From Camelus ferus (Eukaryota): a DNA stretch of 64,000 nt. The stretch lies in contig NC_045697.1 in the NCBI RefSeq assembly GCF_009834535.1, forward strand, positions 113,834,001 to 113,898,000. The letters run 5' to 3'. Positions within the stretch are counted from its first letter, which is position 1, and the number at the start of each line of letters is the position of its first letter. The notes under the pieces were generated by a model. It did no database searches and had not been told where the DNA came from. It saw only the letters and a list, made by a program, of their open reading frames with translations. The position numbers were made by a program, and so were the translations under genes. Positions 25,894 through 39,400 of the stretch are shown in pieces.

Positions 25894-27429
25894 CCTTTTT
25901 CAAGGCGTTGTTACTTGAAGTGTGAGACAGATTTGGTTCAACACAAACAAGGGAGCCAGTTGTAAAGCACTGGGTAAATAGTGATACAAATTCACATTGT
26001 CGTTTGGTTCACCATTAACTCTCTCAATTAGATTTTTTCCCTGAATTTTTAAGTCAGTAACATTTTTGTTTAAATTAAATATTGTAGAAAAACGCAAATA
26101 CAAAATTAGATAAACTTGAGACTGTAGTGAGTTAAGGTAGGCATGGCCTTGTGGGGATACAAAGCTCTCTGTCATCTTGTCACCTTTCTCTCTACTGTTT
26201 CCCCAGAAAATGCATCGGCAAACCAAAACATGAGCTTAACTGATGTTAAGTTGAGTTAAGAAAGCAGAATGATTCCAAACACTTCTGAAAGAGTGATAAA
26301 ATAGAGTATGATACTGAGTTCCTTTGTCCTGAAATTCTGTTTGAAATATGTTTATAGTGGTTTTTAAGAGGGTCTCCCTGTTTATTACTGTATGTCTTAG
26401 ATGACTATTTAAACCTTTTCAATATTTTTAGAAACACACACACATAGTCACACACACAACCAGGAACACGGGTTTCAGGCTTAAGTTCTCTCCAATTTCT
26501 TTCTTGGATTTCTGAGGTTATGATGGGTTCCCTGACTCGAGAATGCTAGCTGATTGAGATGTTTTCTGGGTCATTTTTCTGCCTTAAAGGATTAGGCAAT
26601 AGATCTCATGATGCATTCCTAAAAAATCTAACTACTGTCTTCCTCCATATATTGAAAATCTCTGAGCAAATGTACATTTTTTTTTCTTAGTTCGTTTGGA
26701 CATCTCTGTCTTTGTAACTCCTTGTTTTCTAATTACTTGGCCAAATTCCCTCTGAGTATTTGAAGTCAGGTTTACGTTGTGCACTTTTAAGGCCTAAATT
26801 TATCTTGTCTCCAAATGAGTGCCGTAATTTGACTAGACAGTCTCTGAAATCTATCCTAGTATTAACATTTTATGATTCTAAGTTTTTCTATTACTTTATT
26901 TATTGAGGAACAAAATTACGTATGACTGTAAATGATAACCATATTTTCCTAATGGTTAAATTAATGTTTTCCTATAAATAATGTTGCTCATTTTTTTTTT
27001 TTTTTGAGGAGAGATGATCCATTTTTCTAAGTTCTTAAAGAACACATTACTGCTATCATAAATGTTGATGGAATATCAAGGAGATTTTGGTGTAGAAAAA
27101 AATGTGTATAGATGTTTTGGACAGAACCAAAATTTAAGGATGTTTTGGCATGGACCGAATGTCTCCATGGATGTTTTGAACAGGACAAGAAGTTCAGCAA
27201 GGAAGGGAAATCCTTCTGCATTTTTATGTTTATATTTTTATTGCCTCAACCATTTTTATATGCTAATGAAAAAAATTTAGGGAATTTATGTTCTATGATC
27301 CCCTCTTCAGGGCTTAATGCATATTCCCATTTGTGCATAATAGTGTTAACTTAAACCTAACCAGTAAAAACCAGACCCATTCTGTGTACCTTACAAATTG
27401 GCACTCCTCTTATGTTTACTACCTTAGAA

Positions 27430-27695
27430 GAATAACACAGTAAGTAAGAAGGGAAGCACTCAACTCCAACTATTAGTATTCAAAATTTAGCTTTGCTATT
27501 TAATAGCTTCCTGTCTGTTAATGTTACTTATTTTCTGTTTATTCCAATTGTCTTATCCATAAACAGTGAAAATGACAAGATGTATTTCAAAGTTGTTGTT
27601 GTTTTTCCTTATAAAGAGTAATCACTATAATTAATGTAATGTACTTAAGCTGTTTCCAGAACATTGTTAGCATTCAGTAAATATATAGCATTATT
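27430..27695 (+). mobile_element. Diverged MIR SINE
   Basis: TTCAAAATTTAGCTTTGCTATTTAATAGCT..TTACTT..TTCTGT..TTGTCTTATCCATAAAC..CATTCAGTAAATATATAGC. Confidence 0.5.
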
Positions 27696-29184
27696 ATCAA
27701 CCCATTTGTCCTAGTGGATTAAAGCAGCACCTTCCACCTGACAGACACACGAAGAAATTGCAGCTTGTTTATTTCATGCAACTAACCTTATTTTTCTTAC
27801 ATGCCACCCTTCCAATTCCTCATCCAGGTAATTGTAGGAAAAAACCGAACTACATGTGTACATGTTTGTTGCTTTTTGTTTAACTCTAAGTGTGGTTTAA
27901 TATATTCTTATTATTTTCTGAATTTAAATAGACTTACTCAAGTAGCTCAGTGTCTTTTAAATATCAGAGGTTGCTTTTTTCCCCCCTCGTCCTTCTCTCC
28001 TAATTCCCCAAATGGCAAGTGAGTATGAAAGGTATGTATTTTGGTAGCAAGGGAGAGAAGAAGGCATCCATGCTGACGGTACAGACGTTTGTGCTGTCAT
28101 CTTCCTAAGAAGTGTGTTGTCTGCAGTCACCTTTGAACTGCTAGTTGGCTGGGTACCACTGGGTCCACCTGGTTTTGGGAATGCTATGTCACACCCATCC
28201 CAGAACCCCATGATCTCTTCCTTAGTCATAGTACCTCCACTCATTAAAGCTGCTTCTTTCTGTCCCAGCCGTTTACACGTCCGCATCACCTTTATATATT
28301 CCTAGAAAGGCAATCTGGTTCATCCAGACCCCCTGCCCATCATACATTGGCCATGGAAAACCTTAATTCATATTATGCTCGTGTTTACCCAACACAGAAT
28401 TTTTAGCACAGCTAACACCAGTATTCCTCCAGAGTCCTTGCAACCCCTTCTAGCTGTGGATGGGGAGATGCAATCCTGTAGTCCCAATATATATTTTCTC
28501 CATTTCTAAAATCACTGCTTCCAAGTTTGGGCCCTAAAGGAGAAACAAAGAAGTAGGTTGTTGGTAGTGATGAAACCGACGTCTTTCATTTTTGTAATAC
28601 CTTTATTTCCTCTTCACTCTGTTGTCCTTATTTATTTTCTCTTTTTGGAAGATACTTCCCTATGTCATCTATTTCTGTTTTTTTTTTCCCAAGGTTGTAA
28701 AGACTTACAGTGCATACTTAAAGGTGAAATGTTTAATTTAGATGCAAGGAAATATCTAAATGTAGCGTTAACCTAACCATAGTTACCCTTAATCCTCTAG
28801 ATACTTATGAAATAGCATCACTAAGCAATCACCTTCACTCATATCACTCAGCTGTGATATTCTGTTTATTCTGTATCATACAGATCCCTGGGATCTATTT
28901 GTTTCATTCTATTCTCATTTTCAGAGCCTTATCAAAAGCCTGAATTCGATCTTAACTAGATTATTGCATTCATGATATTGTCACCAATCTACTTTATTTC
29001 TAATGCATCTGTTCACTAAATAATTTATCTACTAACTTGCTTAACTACCTATCATGTATAGCAAGGAAAACTGACACAAGTGCCAATAAATACCCAGCTA
29101 GTAACATAACTGAGTAATAAGAGTCATGTAATAAGAGAGTGAGAAACACACACTTTACCTTAACAGAGTAACAAAATTGTGGGA

Positions 29185-29355
29185 AAACAGTGTTGCTAGA
29201 TCTCCTGATTTTTCAAGGTAAGATTGGCATTTTTATTTTTATGAGAAGTTTCCCAATGTCTGAATCTTTGCAACTAGTTCAGAAATGGTTAAACACATCT
29301 CGTAAAGCAATAAAATATCTGTAGTTAAAATTCAGCCCAAGCAAGGATCAGTTGT
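29185..29355 (+). mobile_element. hAT-Charlie DNA transposon fragment (MER102-like)
   Basis: CAGTGTTGCTAGATCTCCTGATTTTTCAAG...TTTTTATGAGAAGTTTCCC...GCAACTAGTTC resembles the recalled consensus. Subfamily uncertain. Confidence 0.5.
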
Positions 29356-30454
29356 CAAAATCCAACTCACAGAACAAAGAGGCATCATTCCCCCGACATG
29401 GCCTCAGCTACATTTACAAAACCTCTTGTCCTATTCCTTAACATATATATTCAACACTGCAATTAAACCGCGTCATTCCCTGTGCACATACTTATTTGTG
29501 TGTATCCGTTTTTATACACATTGATCTCCCTGTTTATACTGAGTTTCACCCTGCAGAATTTCCTTGAATGAAGTAATGATTGTCTCCTAGTATGCTGTTA
29601 ACCAGCTGTTTATCTGTGCACCTGAGATAATTTTCCATAGGGCTTTATTATGTAACAGCATTCCTTTGAAGAACACTCAAATGCCAGCTTCACTCGACTG
29701 TCAACACTTCAAGTCAGGGCTGGGCTGTATTCATCTTTATTTCACAACTTTCAGATAACAACCCACAGAGAAAAGATGCTCATCATGAGAGAAAACAGGC
29801 TCCCTGTGATGCTGGAAAACACAATGAAGCCTTAGAAGTGCTTCTGCCCTTGAAAGCCTCAGAACAAGCATTAACATGTCCCAGCCGCTCATGGTGACCC
29901 AAGAACCCCCATGCCCACGCCAACCATGTAGCATCAGCCTACAGATTCTAGTGATTTTTCATAATGATATGCACCTTGTTTTCCATTCCCTTTGCCAACA
30001 CTGGAGTTTAGTTCCCAAATTATCTTCTTTATTCCAGCCTGCCTTAGCCTCTAACCTCCTCTAGAATGTTATTAGGCTATACCTCTGCTTAATAGTCATT
30101 GGTGTCTATCTTGACTTTAATGTCATCTCCAGTGAGACCTTAACTCATTTCCCTGTTCCAAGGCTGCAATGTGAAATTGTATAAAGTATGTTCTACATAA
30201 AATCACCTGTCTACAGAGGTACTGGGGGGTGGGTAGAAGTTCAGCTTACAGTATGTCACTTGGGAAGAAAAATCTTCCCTAATTAGTCTATGAAAAGGGA
30301 GTATCTATATCTAATAACTTGGGCAAAGGTGTTAATTGCAATTTATCCACAAGCAAGGGCAAAATTATTACATTTTCATAATGTGATAGCATGTGTTAGC
30401 CAGGGGGATCTATTCTGATAGGTTCCTAGCCTTTTTGATCAATATTTGCCCCTC

Positions 30455-33400
30455 TTCCTTTTTTTTTTTTAATTGAGATATAATTTACACAAAATGAAAG
30501 GCACACATGTTAAGTGAACAATTCAATGAGTTTGGATTCCAATATAAACAGCACTCCAGTCAAGCTGTACAACAAATTTGTCAGCTCAGAAAGTTTCCTT
30601 GCACTCTCCTCTAGTCAATACCCATTTTTCAGAGAAAATCATTATTTTGACTTCTACCACCACAGATAACTTCTACCTGTTCTTACTCTTCAAAAAAAGA
30701 AATCATATGTATTCTTTGTGTCTAGTCTCTTTCATTCAGCATAATATTTTTGAGATTTACCCATGTGTTTGTATTTATTACTAGTCTGCTCATTTTCATT
30801 GCTGTGTAGTATTTCATTGAATGCATATGCTAAAATTTGCTTGTCTCTTCTCCTATTGAAAAGCATTAGAGTTGCATCTAGACTGGGGCTCTTGGGAAGC
30901 AAGCTGCTATATACTTCTATCTATGATTTTTCTGTGGACATATATTTTTATTTCTCTTGCATGAAAATCTAGGAGTAGAAGACCTGGAATATAGGGTAGA
31001 CAATTGTTTAATTGTATAAGAATCTGCCAAACAATTTTCCAAAGTGACTGGACCACTTGACATTCCCACCTATAATGTATAACAGTTCAAGTTCTCCACA
31101 TGTTTACCTGCATTTGATGTTGTCAGTCACTAATTTGTCACTCTAGTAGGGGTGATTTTGCATTTATGGTTTTAATAATCATAGGATGATTAATTACATG
31201 TGTCAGCTTCTCTTTCTCTCTGTGTGTGTGTGTATATACATATATATATATATGCCTTTTATAAATTGTGCAAATATTTTTCCACTTTTAAAATTTATTT
31301 TTTTTTTATTTTTGATTTGTTAAAGATATTTATATGTTCTGGATTTTTTTTTTTTTTTTTCAGAAAAACTCCATCCTCCTCCAGTGTGTCTCCTTCACTA
31401 TCACTATTACTACACTTACAACACCAGATGTGTGGGATTTTTTCCCATACAAGGCAATTCTCTGACACCAGATGGGTGTACTACAATTCAATTCTGATGC
31501 TGTAACCCTGGAGATAATGGTCATATCCCACAAGTCAAGAGGTCAGTCCTACCTCTCACTTCAGAGGTTAGCCACAAGTCCAGGTTGTCACCTGTGCTTC
31601 CGACCAACCAGTCATACGCTGGAGGTCCCAACAACCCTCTCCTTGGGTTTGATTAATTTGCTAGAGTAGCTCACAGAAGTTGGAAAATATTTACTTACTA
31701 GAGTCCTGATTTATCGCAAAAGGATATAAGTCAGGAAAAGCCCAGATGTACGGGGAAAGAGTGTGGAGCTTCCATGCTCCCTGAGAACACACCACTCTCT
31801 CTAAATCTCCTTGTGTTCACCAATCTGGAAGCTCTCTGAACTCCACCTTCTTGGGTTTTTATGAAAGCTTTATTACCTGAGCCCGTTTGAGTAAATCATT
31901 GGCCATTGATGATTGAACTCAATTCTCTGCCCCTCTCTCCTCCAGAGAGGTTTGTGGTGGGACTAAAAATTTCAACCTTCTAATCATTTAATTGGTTCCC
32001 CTGGCAGACCTCCATCCTTAAGTGTTTTCCAAAAGCCACCTCATTTTCATAACAAAAGACAATTTTATGGCTCTTACCACTTAGGAAATTCCAAGTTTTA
32101 GTTGCTCTGTGTAAGGAATGAGGACAAAGACCAATAATATATTTCTTAGTATAAATTGTACATATCCAAGTTCTTTGTCAGATATACATATACGTATTAC
32201 AAATAAATTCTCCCAATGTGTGACTTGTTTGTTTTAAATGTGTGTCTTTTTATGGCAAGAAATTTTTAATTAAAGTGAAATCAATTTTGCAATATTTTTA
32301 TTTGATGATTAGTGCTTTTCACGTTCACTCTAAAAAATCTTGGCCTCCCGCAAGGTTGGAAAACTGTTTTGTTTTGTTTTTTTTAAGTCTTGTGCTAAAA
32401 TCTTTATACTTTCAGCTTTATGTTTAGATTGATGATCCATCTTAAATTAATTTTATATATAGCATGAGATAGAAGTTAAGATAATTGTTTTATACTTTCA
32501 TCCTTTTTCTTCAACTTTTTTCTGTGTGTTTGATTTTTGTTGTTGTTGTTTTACTTGAATGTTCTTATAACAAAAACCCTTGGCTTTAAATGTATAAGGC
32601 TGTGATGGTCATTTTGTTTTGCTCCACTGACCTATATGTCTATGTTTATGACAATAATACACTGTCTTATTTATTATAGATCTAGAATTTATGGTAATTA
32701 TTTATAATAATTTTGTTCTTCCTTTATGAATTATATTAAATGTTTATATTTTATTCAAATTTTTCTTCCTTTATTATTGTATTAGGTGTTTCATTTGTTA
32801 TAAATTTTAGAGTCATCTTGTTAAGTTTTATTGGGAAGAAAGAAAGAAAGAGAAATAGAAAGAAAGAAATAAGCTATTGGGATATGATTGGGATTGGGTT
32901 GAATATATAGACCAGTATGGGAGGCCTAACATCTATACTTGATTTCAGAGTCCTATTCATATACATTGTGTACCTCTCTTTTTTTAGGTCTTCTTTCATT
33001 TTTAACATTAATGTTCATGATCCTTAGTTTTTGATATAGAGGTTCCTAACATTTGAAACAATTATTCATAATTATGTTTTTGAATGCTGTAGTAAATATA
33101 ATTATTTTAAACTGAATTTTAATAGTTGTTTGTTTATAAATATACAATTATTGTTACAATTATTATCATTATTATTGTTGATTTTGGATATGTGTATATT
33201 GATATTATATTCTGGGACCTAGATAAGTTAGCATTCTATTTGTGGTAAATTAAAAATTTTTTTTTGGAATTTTGTATATAATCTTATTAATTGTGAACAC
33301 AGGCAGTTAAAATCTTCCCTTCTGTGCATTTTAAATATGTTTATTTTTGCCATCTTGTGTTGATTGGATTCCAGTACATTGTGAAATAGAAATTGTGGTA

Positions 33401-34410
33401 ACAAATATATTTGCTTTTCTCCCCTGATAAAAGATAAAGCATTCTATATTTCACCATTAACTAAAATGTTGGTCTTAGTTTAGTTTAGCTTTTTTATTTG
33501 TTTTAATAGATGTTCTTTATCAGATCGAAGATATACATTTTGATGTTTTCTCACAGAAATTGCCTATTTCATCTAAGTTGTTAAATATACCGGCATAAAA
33601 TTGTCCTTAAGGTTTTCTTTTTATCCTTGTATTGCGTATATTTTTTCTCTTAAGACTTCTTAAATCCCTCATATTTAAGAATGGTTTTCCTTTATTTCTT
33701 GATTAGTCTTTTTAGGAGTTTAAGAGTTTTATTAATCTTTGTATAGACTCATCTTTTTGCTTTATTAATTTTTCCATTATTGTTCCCTTTTATTTTTTTA
33801 TTTCAGTCCTTAATATTTATTTTCTTCCTTCTAACTTCTCAGGGTTTAATTTGCTTTTTTTTTCTAATTTCTTAAGGTGCAGAATTTATATAATTAATTC
33901 TTTTCTAATATAAAACTTACAGTTACAACTAAAGTTTTTTTTTTTAAACACTGGTTTACTGCACTCTATAATTTTGATTTGTTGTGTTCAGTTTGAAATA
34001 ATTTCTATTTTTCCTTGGGATTTTCTTTTTCAAAATTTGATTTATATTAAAAGTATGTGGTTAATTTCCAAATATTTGTGGATTTTCCATATATGTACTG
34101 TAATTGACTGCTAATTTAATTTGTTGTGCTCAGAGAAATTGCTCTTTAAGATTTCACTCTTGCAAAAATTTTTCAGACTTCTTTAATGGCCTAACATATA
34201 GTCTATGAAAAACCTTTAATTCTTTTAGGCTTTACTCATTTATTTAGATTTTCTATTATCACAGACTTTCACAGTGAGAATTATTTCTTCCTGATGACTT
34301 TACATTTTAACATTATGGTAAGTTCCTCTTTTCTTCTGAACACTATTTCTTGCCTTGAAGTCTACTTTATCTGATATTAATATAATCACACCAGCGTTCT
34401 TGCACTTATT
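30455..34410 (-). mobile_element. Old L1 (L1MC/L1ME-type) 3'UTR and ORF2 remnants, interrupted by a MER21 LTR
   Basis: Begins with poly(T) then AATTGAGATATAATTTACAC..TTAAGTGAACAATTCAATGAGTTT; CTGCCAAACAATTTTCCAAAGTG..CATTCCCACC; ends GAAGTCTACTTTATCTGATATTAATATAATCACACCAGC. Confidence 0.8.
31361..32165 (-). mobile_element. MER21-like solo LTR
   Basis: ACACCAGATGTGTGGG..GCAATTCTCTGACACCAG.TGGGTGT.CTACAATTCAATTCTGA; GGTTTGATTAATTTGCTAGAG..GCTCACAGAA; GGAAATTCCAAG; GACAAAGACCAA..ATATATTTC. Confidence 0.8.
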
Positions 34411-34793
34411 GTTAAAGAATATACTAATTTACAATTGGAAAGAGCTTACAAAAACGCTTGGCAAATAGTCAGGGCTACATAAGAGGAAAGTAAGTTCACA
34501 ATTTCCAGTGATCGCTTTTCTTCCATATAAACCAGTCTACATATTATCCTCTTCCCACTTTGTTCTCCCTCACAAAAGCCATTCCCCTTGTGTAATTCCC
34601 TACTTGGAATTTTTCCCAAGTCTTACTCATTTTTCTACAGTATTTCCTCTTTCCATGAAATTGTTCAAAAAGTGGACTTCCCCTTCTCTAAGCCTTATAG
34701 CCCCTAGCATTTCTCCCTCACTCACACTTGTCATTTGCTGCCTTATGATGTAATTTAGGATTTATGTTTCTTTTTGCTCCCCATTAGACTATA

Positions 34794-35149
34794 CAGCCAG
34801 GCCCCTTTATCCACAGGTTCTGTATCCTTGAATTCAATCAGCCACAGATCAAAAATATTTTTTAAAAATTCCAGAAGTTCCAAAAAGCAAAACTTGAATG
34901 TGCTGCACATCGGCAATTATTTACATAACATTTACACTGTATTTATTGCTATTTGCATAGTATTTATATTGTATGAGGCATTATAAGTCATACAGAGATG
35001 ATGTAAGGTATATAGAAAGATGTGAGTAGGTTATATGCAAATAGGTTATATGCCATTTTAAACAAGGGACTGGGACATCCATGGATTTTGATGTCTGGGG
35101 AAGAATGGGGTCCTGGAACCAATCCCCCATGGAAACCAAAGGATGACTG
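34794..35149 (+). mobile_element. MER2 (TcMar-Tigger non-autonomous DNA transposon), full length
   Basis: TA|CAGCCAGGCCCCTTTATCCACAGGTTC ... GGAACCAATCCCCCATGGAAACCAAAGGATGACTG|TA, with imperfect TIRs and TA target duplication (34792-93, 35150-51). Strand nominal. Confidence 0.9.
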
Positions 35150-35517
35150 TATCCAATTCTCATATTAGGATACACTCTTTTTTGACTTGTATCACTCTTT
35201 TCTTATAACAGCTCAGGCAGAACTTGGTTTTGGTGTTTGGCTCACTTATATTTAGACCTTCCTCTAAGAATTGCTTTGGTGTATGGGAGAAGCAACAGAG
35301 CAGTGACATGGCAGTGTGTAACCGGAATCAAAGAGATGCCATGGAAGAAAATTGCTCTGACAAGGCCAGTTGGGTGGTGCAGAAGTTATTTTAATCTGTT
35401 TCATAGTTTTACCGATACGTGCAACGATGTTGGTGGAATACAATGCATACAAAATTAGGACAATGAAAACATGGAGCTTTCTACAACTAGCGTCCCATTA
35501 TTCATTACTGCAGCCAG

Positions 35518-35560
35518 TGATGGAGATGATGATGATAATGATGATGATGATGGTGATAAT
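35518..35560. repeat. Imperfect (GAT)n microsatellite
   Basis: GATGGAGATGATGATGATAATGATGATGATGATGGTGATAAT. Confidence 0.85.
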
Positions 35561-36425
35561 GCCCTTTACATCATTTGCCATGTGCCAAGCACTTTCTAAA
35601 TGCTTTATGTACCTACTAATGTTTGGCAGTTAAATAGAAATAAGCACCAGACAAGGGGAGAGGAAGAGGGAGGGAGCAACCCAGAAAATAACAGTATGCC
35701 TGCACTCAGGATAAGGGACTCCAAAAGTCTTCTATTTTCTCTAAATGAGGGGCCAGCAAAAAAGCTGGGTAGAATCAAATGCTGCGGCTGCACAGTAGAG
35801 AGAAGGACCCAGCTTAACTTGACCCAGTGCTCACTATAATGTGATTAACATTGTAGTTTGAGCCCCTCCTGTAGGTTTCTCTGTGTGCATCATGGGTAAA
35901 AACATGTGCAAAGGAGACAGGTGTACCTGAGCCCAAGGAACGTGAGCTGTCAGTCAATCATCCTGAGCACGGCGAATGGGAGCTGGCAGTCAGCCCGAGC
36001 ACTCAAAGAGCCTGAGCTGGGAATCAATCAATCAATCAAGAAAACACCTCTAAACCAGGACATAAAAACATGGAAAACAAAGGAGCGGCACCAATTTTCC
36101 TCTCTTGGATTGGTTCAACCCCAATTCCTGGGGGATGTACCATGTTTTACTACATTTTTACTTCACGAATAAAATCTCCTGCTTATATCGTGCTTTCCAC
36201 CTCCTGTTAGAAACTCTTTTGGGGGGGGGTTACTAAGAACCGAGGTAACTTTTATTCCCCTCCTCCTGCACTAATTCTTTGCTCCTCGTAACAATCCTAA
36301 TATTTAGTCACCGTCATCCACAGTTTACACAGGAGGAAACTGACAGTGACACAGGAAATAAGATGCCCAAGAATTCTTCGCTATTGAACGTCAGTCAGGT
36401 TTTGAACCAGAGTGGTTTATACTCC
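35560..36425 (-). mobile_element. MIR SINE split by an ERV1 LTR
   Basis: Left part CATGTGCCAAGCACTTTCTAAATGCTTTATGT; right part CTCCTCGTAACAATCCT..TTTACACAGGAGGAAACTGAC..TGCCCAAG..TTTGAACCAG. Confidence 0.75.
35620..36270 (+). mobile_element. ERV1-class solo LTR
   Basis: TG...CA termini, 4-bp TSD CTAA (35616-35619 and 36271-36274), AATAAA at ~36168. Shares blocks with the LTR at 56111-56653. Confidence 0.8.
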
Positions 36426-39400
36426 CTAGGGAACACGCACGTGTGGGATCCATCTTTCCTCGATTTGTTACAAGTCCAGCAGCAAGATCTCTAACCTTCC
36501 AAATCACCAGAATTGAGATGGAGAGGCTGGTGTAAAGGTTCTGATTTGTCCAGTTAACCCACCAATGCCTTCACTATGTCTGTATAAGGTGATAAAGCAT
36601 CAGCCCGGGGTAACTGCTGCAGGCATACTTTCCTTAAATAGCAGAGTAGATAAATAACCAATGTAAATGCCACTTATTCATTATAATTCTACACCAGAAA
36701 ATATCTACTCATTATCTCAATGACTAATATACTCTAGTGTCTTCATATATATCATAAAACATAATAAAATGGGTAATGGATATATTCCCCTTAATAATAT
36801 TGCTGCAAATTAGATTCCTATTTAATGACATGAATAGGAGCACATTTCTGTGCATAAAATAGTGAAATGTCAGATTATGGCTCAACAAAGAACTGAGTTA
36901 TTATGTAAAGGAAAATGAATGAATCATCCAAAATAGCCTGTAATCATTTTTTTCCACATTTGTTTTCTGTTTGAATTATACCTTCCAATTCCAAGAACAA
37001 AATGAGCATAACCTATATCTCTCAGCATCGCTTTCCACTAGAATGGTTACAAGCTATATTTAAACAAATTACTACTTAGAAATTATTTCTCATGATTCTG
37101 ACATGATGACTCATTACATTTTAAAATGAGCTCTTAATAGGCTAAAAAAATTAAAATAAAAGCAGAAATTTCCTATTCTTCTTAACACAAAGTCTTACAG
37201 ATTTATAGTATAAAAATCCCCCACAAAACAACTCCCCTAAAACGACAGCCTACTATAATACAAGTTAGAGTTACTACATTTCAAAAAATAAAAACAAAAT
37301 GCTCACCCATCCCAAGTACTCTATCCCAGCGCATACTTCATTCTGTTTACGTCTTAAGTGGCACATTAAATGCATATCTGCAAAAGAACTCCAGAGCGCT
37401 CAATCTAAGTAAAGACGTTTTCTGGGAAGCATTATAAAATCGAGTGAAACATTGCTGTGGAGTCACCCAGAATGAAATAACAACTTTGAAACGTTTTATG
37501 AACTTTTATATTGTGAACCTGATTAATGTTATGTGAGAACATTTCCCTAGCAGGCTCCTTTCTTCTCTGTGTTCTTTCATTCTCCAAGAAATGTTCAGAG
37601 CATCTCAAGAATTCAAGAATAAGATAGTTCACTAAATCACGGATATATTTCATTTCTAAAGGTTAAGAATAACTCTACATTTGTAAGTGTACTGGTACTC
37701 ATGAAAGCATAGGTTGTATTAATATATATTTCTGTATTAATTTTAACTTCTGATCATGAATATTATCTTTCTTAGAAATCTATGTTAAACAAGATATGTG
37801 GGTATCAGAAAAAAATGTACTTTTAATTATGGTTTTGAGCATAATTATTTGTGATGTGGAAAAAAAATCATAAATCCCAAGGTACATTTAAAATCTGATG
37901 AATATATGCATAGAGTAATAAAGTGTTTGTGTTTAATCAAGTTAACTGTCAGGTATGTTTTATTTATTTTATATGAATATATATCTGTCAGACATATCTG
38001 TCAGGCTTTCAGAAATAATTTTTAAAGACTCTGGAAAAATAACCTTTAATTTTCATTTTAACAGAGTCACAAAGCATATATTTTAATGAATTTTTCTCTG
38101 TGCTCTTTTACTTTACACATCTGGTTTGCCTTTGTTATGTCAAAGGTTAAATGGATAGAGATAAGAATGGAAAGTATGGTGTTTTCTTCCCCAAACTAAG
38201 AAGACTCAAACTGTTAGAAGAATAATGAACTTTCCTCAAAATTTAAGCTGAATCAACATGTCTGCACAGCTAAGGAAATGCATTTTATACTGATCCTGAA
38301 AATGTCAATGCTAAGGAAACACAATAGTGCACATAAAAAAAAAAAATATATATATATATATAACATTTAATTTAATAGATTCTGTTCTTTTCCTTATTTC
38401 TCAGTAATATTCCATACAGTTTATTTTACCCACTTTACCAACATTGTGAACATATTTTGGAAGCTAGTAAGTAAACAATTTATTCTTTATTCAGTTTTAT
38501 GTATCTTTATTTTCATTGTTGATCCTGAAATAAGAATGGTTTATATTTTCCATCAAAATAATTCACTCAAGTTTTTTTAATTTATTCATTCAAAATGTGT
38601 AAACTTTACCACCATACTGTTGGAATATTAATAAAAATGTTACACTTTAATTACATCTCAAAAAAAATGAGAAAAAAATCATAAACCCCAAAACTTTATG
38701 AAGAAAAAATCTTCTTCTCCAATTTTGCCAGGAAATCCCTAGGAAAAGTCCTGTTCAAATTATATAGCATTTCTGGTTCTGCTTTAAGATTCTCATCTCT
38801 GTTAGCAGAATAGAAGTGTGATGATTTGTCATTGTCTATTCTCAACAGAGGATAATACATACCTAGGATATTTATATTTATAATATCTCACAACATTACT
38901 TGTGTGTTTTATCAAGACATGGCTAAACCAATAAATTACCATAATAATAGAATTAAAACTGCATATTAATATCATGTAAAACCAATTCTTTTCCTGTTAA
39001 CAGTACTTCAGTTATTCAGGAGTTCTACCAGCTAAGAACTAAAATTTTCCTAGATGCGAATTCCATGTCCTTTATTCTAAACACTAAGGTCTTTCTGTCT
39101 TCTGGAGACTAACAGGTAGCACATCATCTCTTCTCCCTATCTGTGCTTTTTGTTCCTCTTCTTTGTAGCCAATGACCCCACTGTTTTTTGTGTTTGAATT
39201 CCTTTTATAGCATGACACCTACCACATCCCTATTCAATATGTCAGGCATGGTTTCCACATTGTTTTCTGGGCCAGGCTCCACTGGAAAAAATATTAACCA
39301 ATCAGAACCACTTCAGGTAGAAATACTGGGATCTACTCTGGTGTCAGTAAGTCCTTAACAGGAGTGGGAGCTACAGTGATTTCCCAAGTGTGGGGAGACC

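Noticed and set aside
27081..27200. CRISPR-like repeat-spacer appearance
   Set aside because: Mammalian DNA, only a ~10-bp shared core, ~30-bp period and no cas genes.
35370..35633. ORF with a poly-Met run
   Set aside because: Produced by the (GAT)n microsatellite and a MIR.
38985..39115. Plus-strand acceptor followed by a short open frame
   Set aside because: Weak donors, frame ends in a stop, and no recognisable homology.
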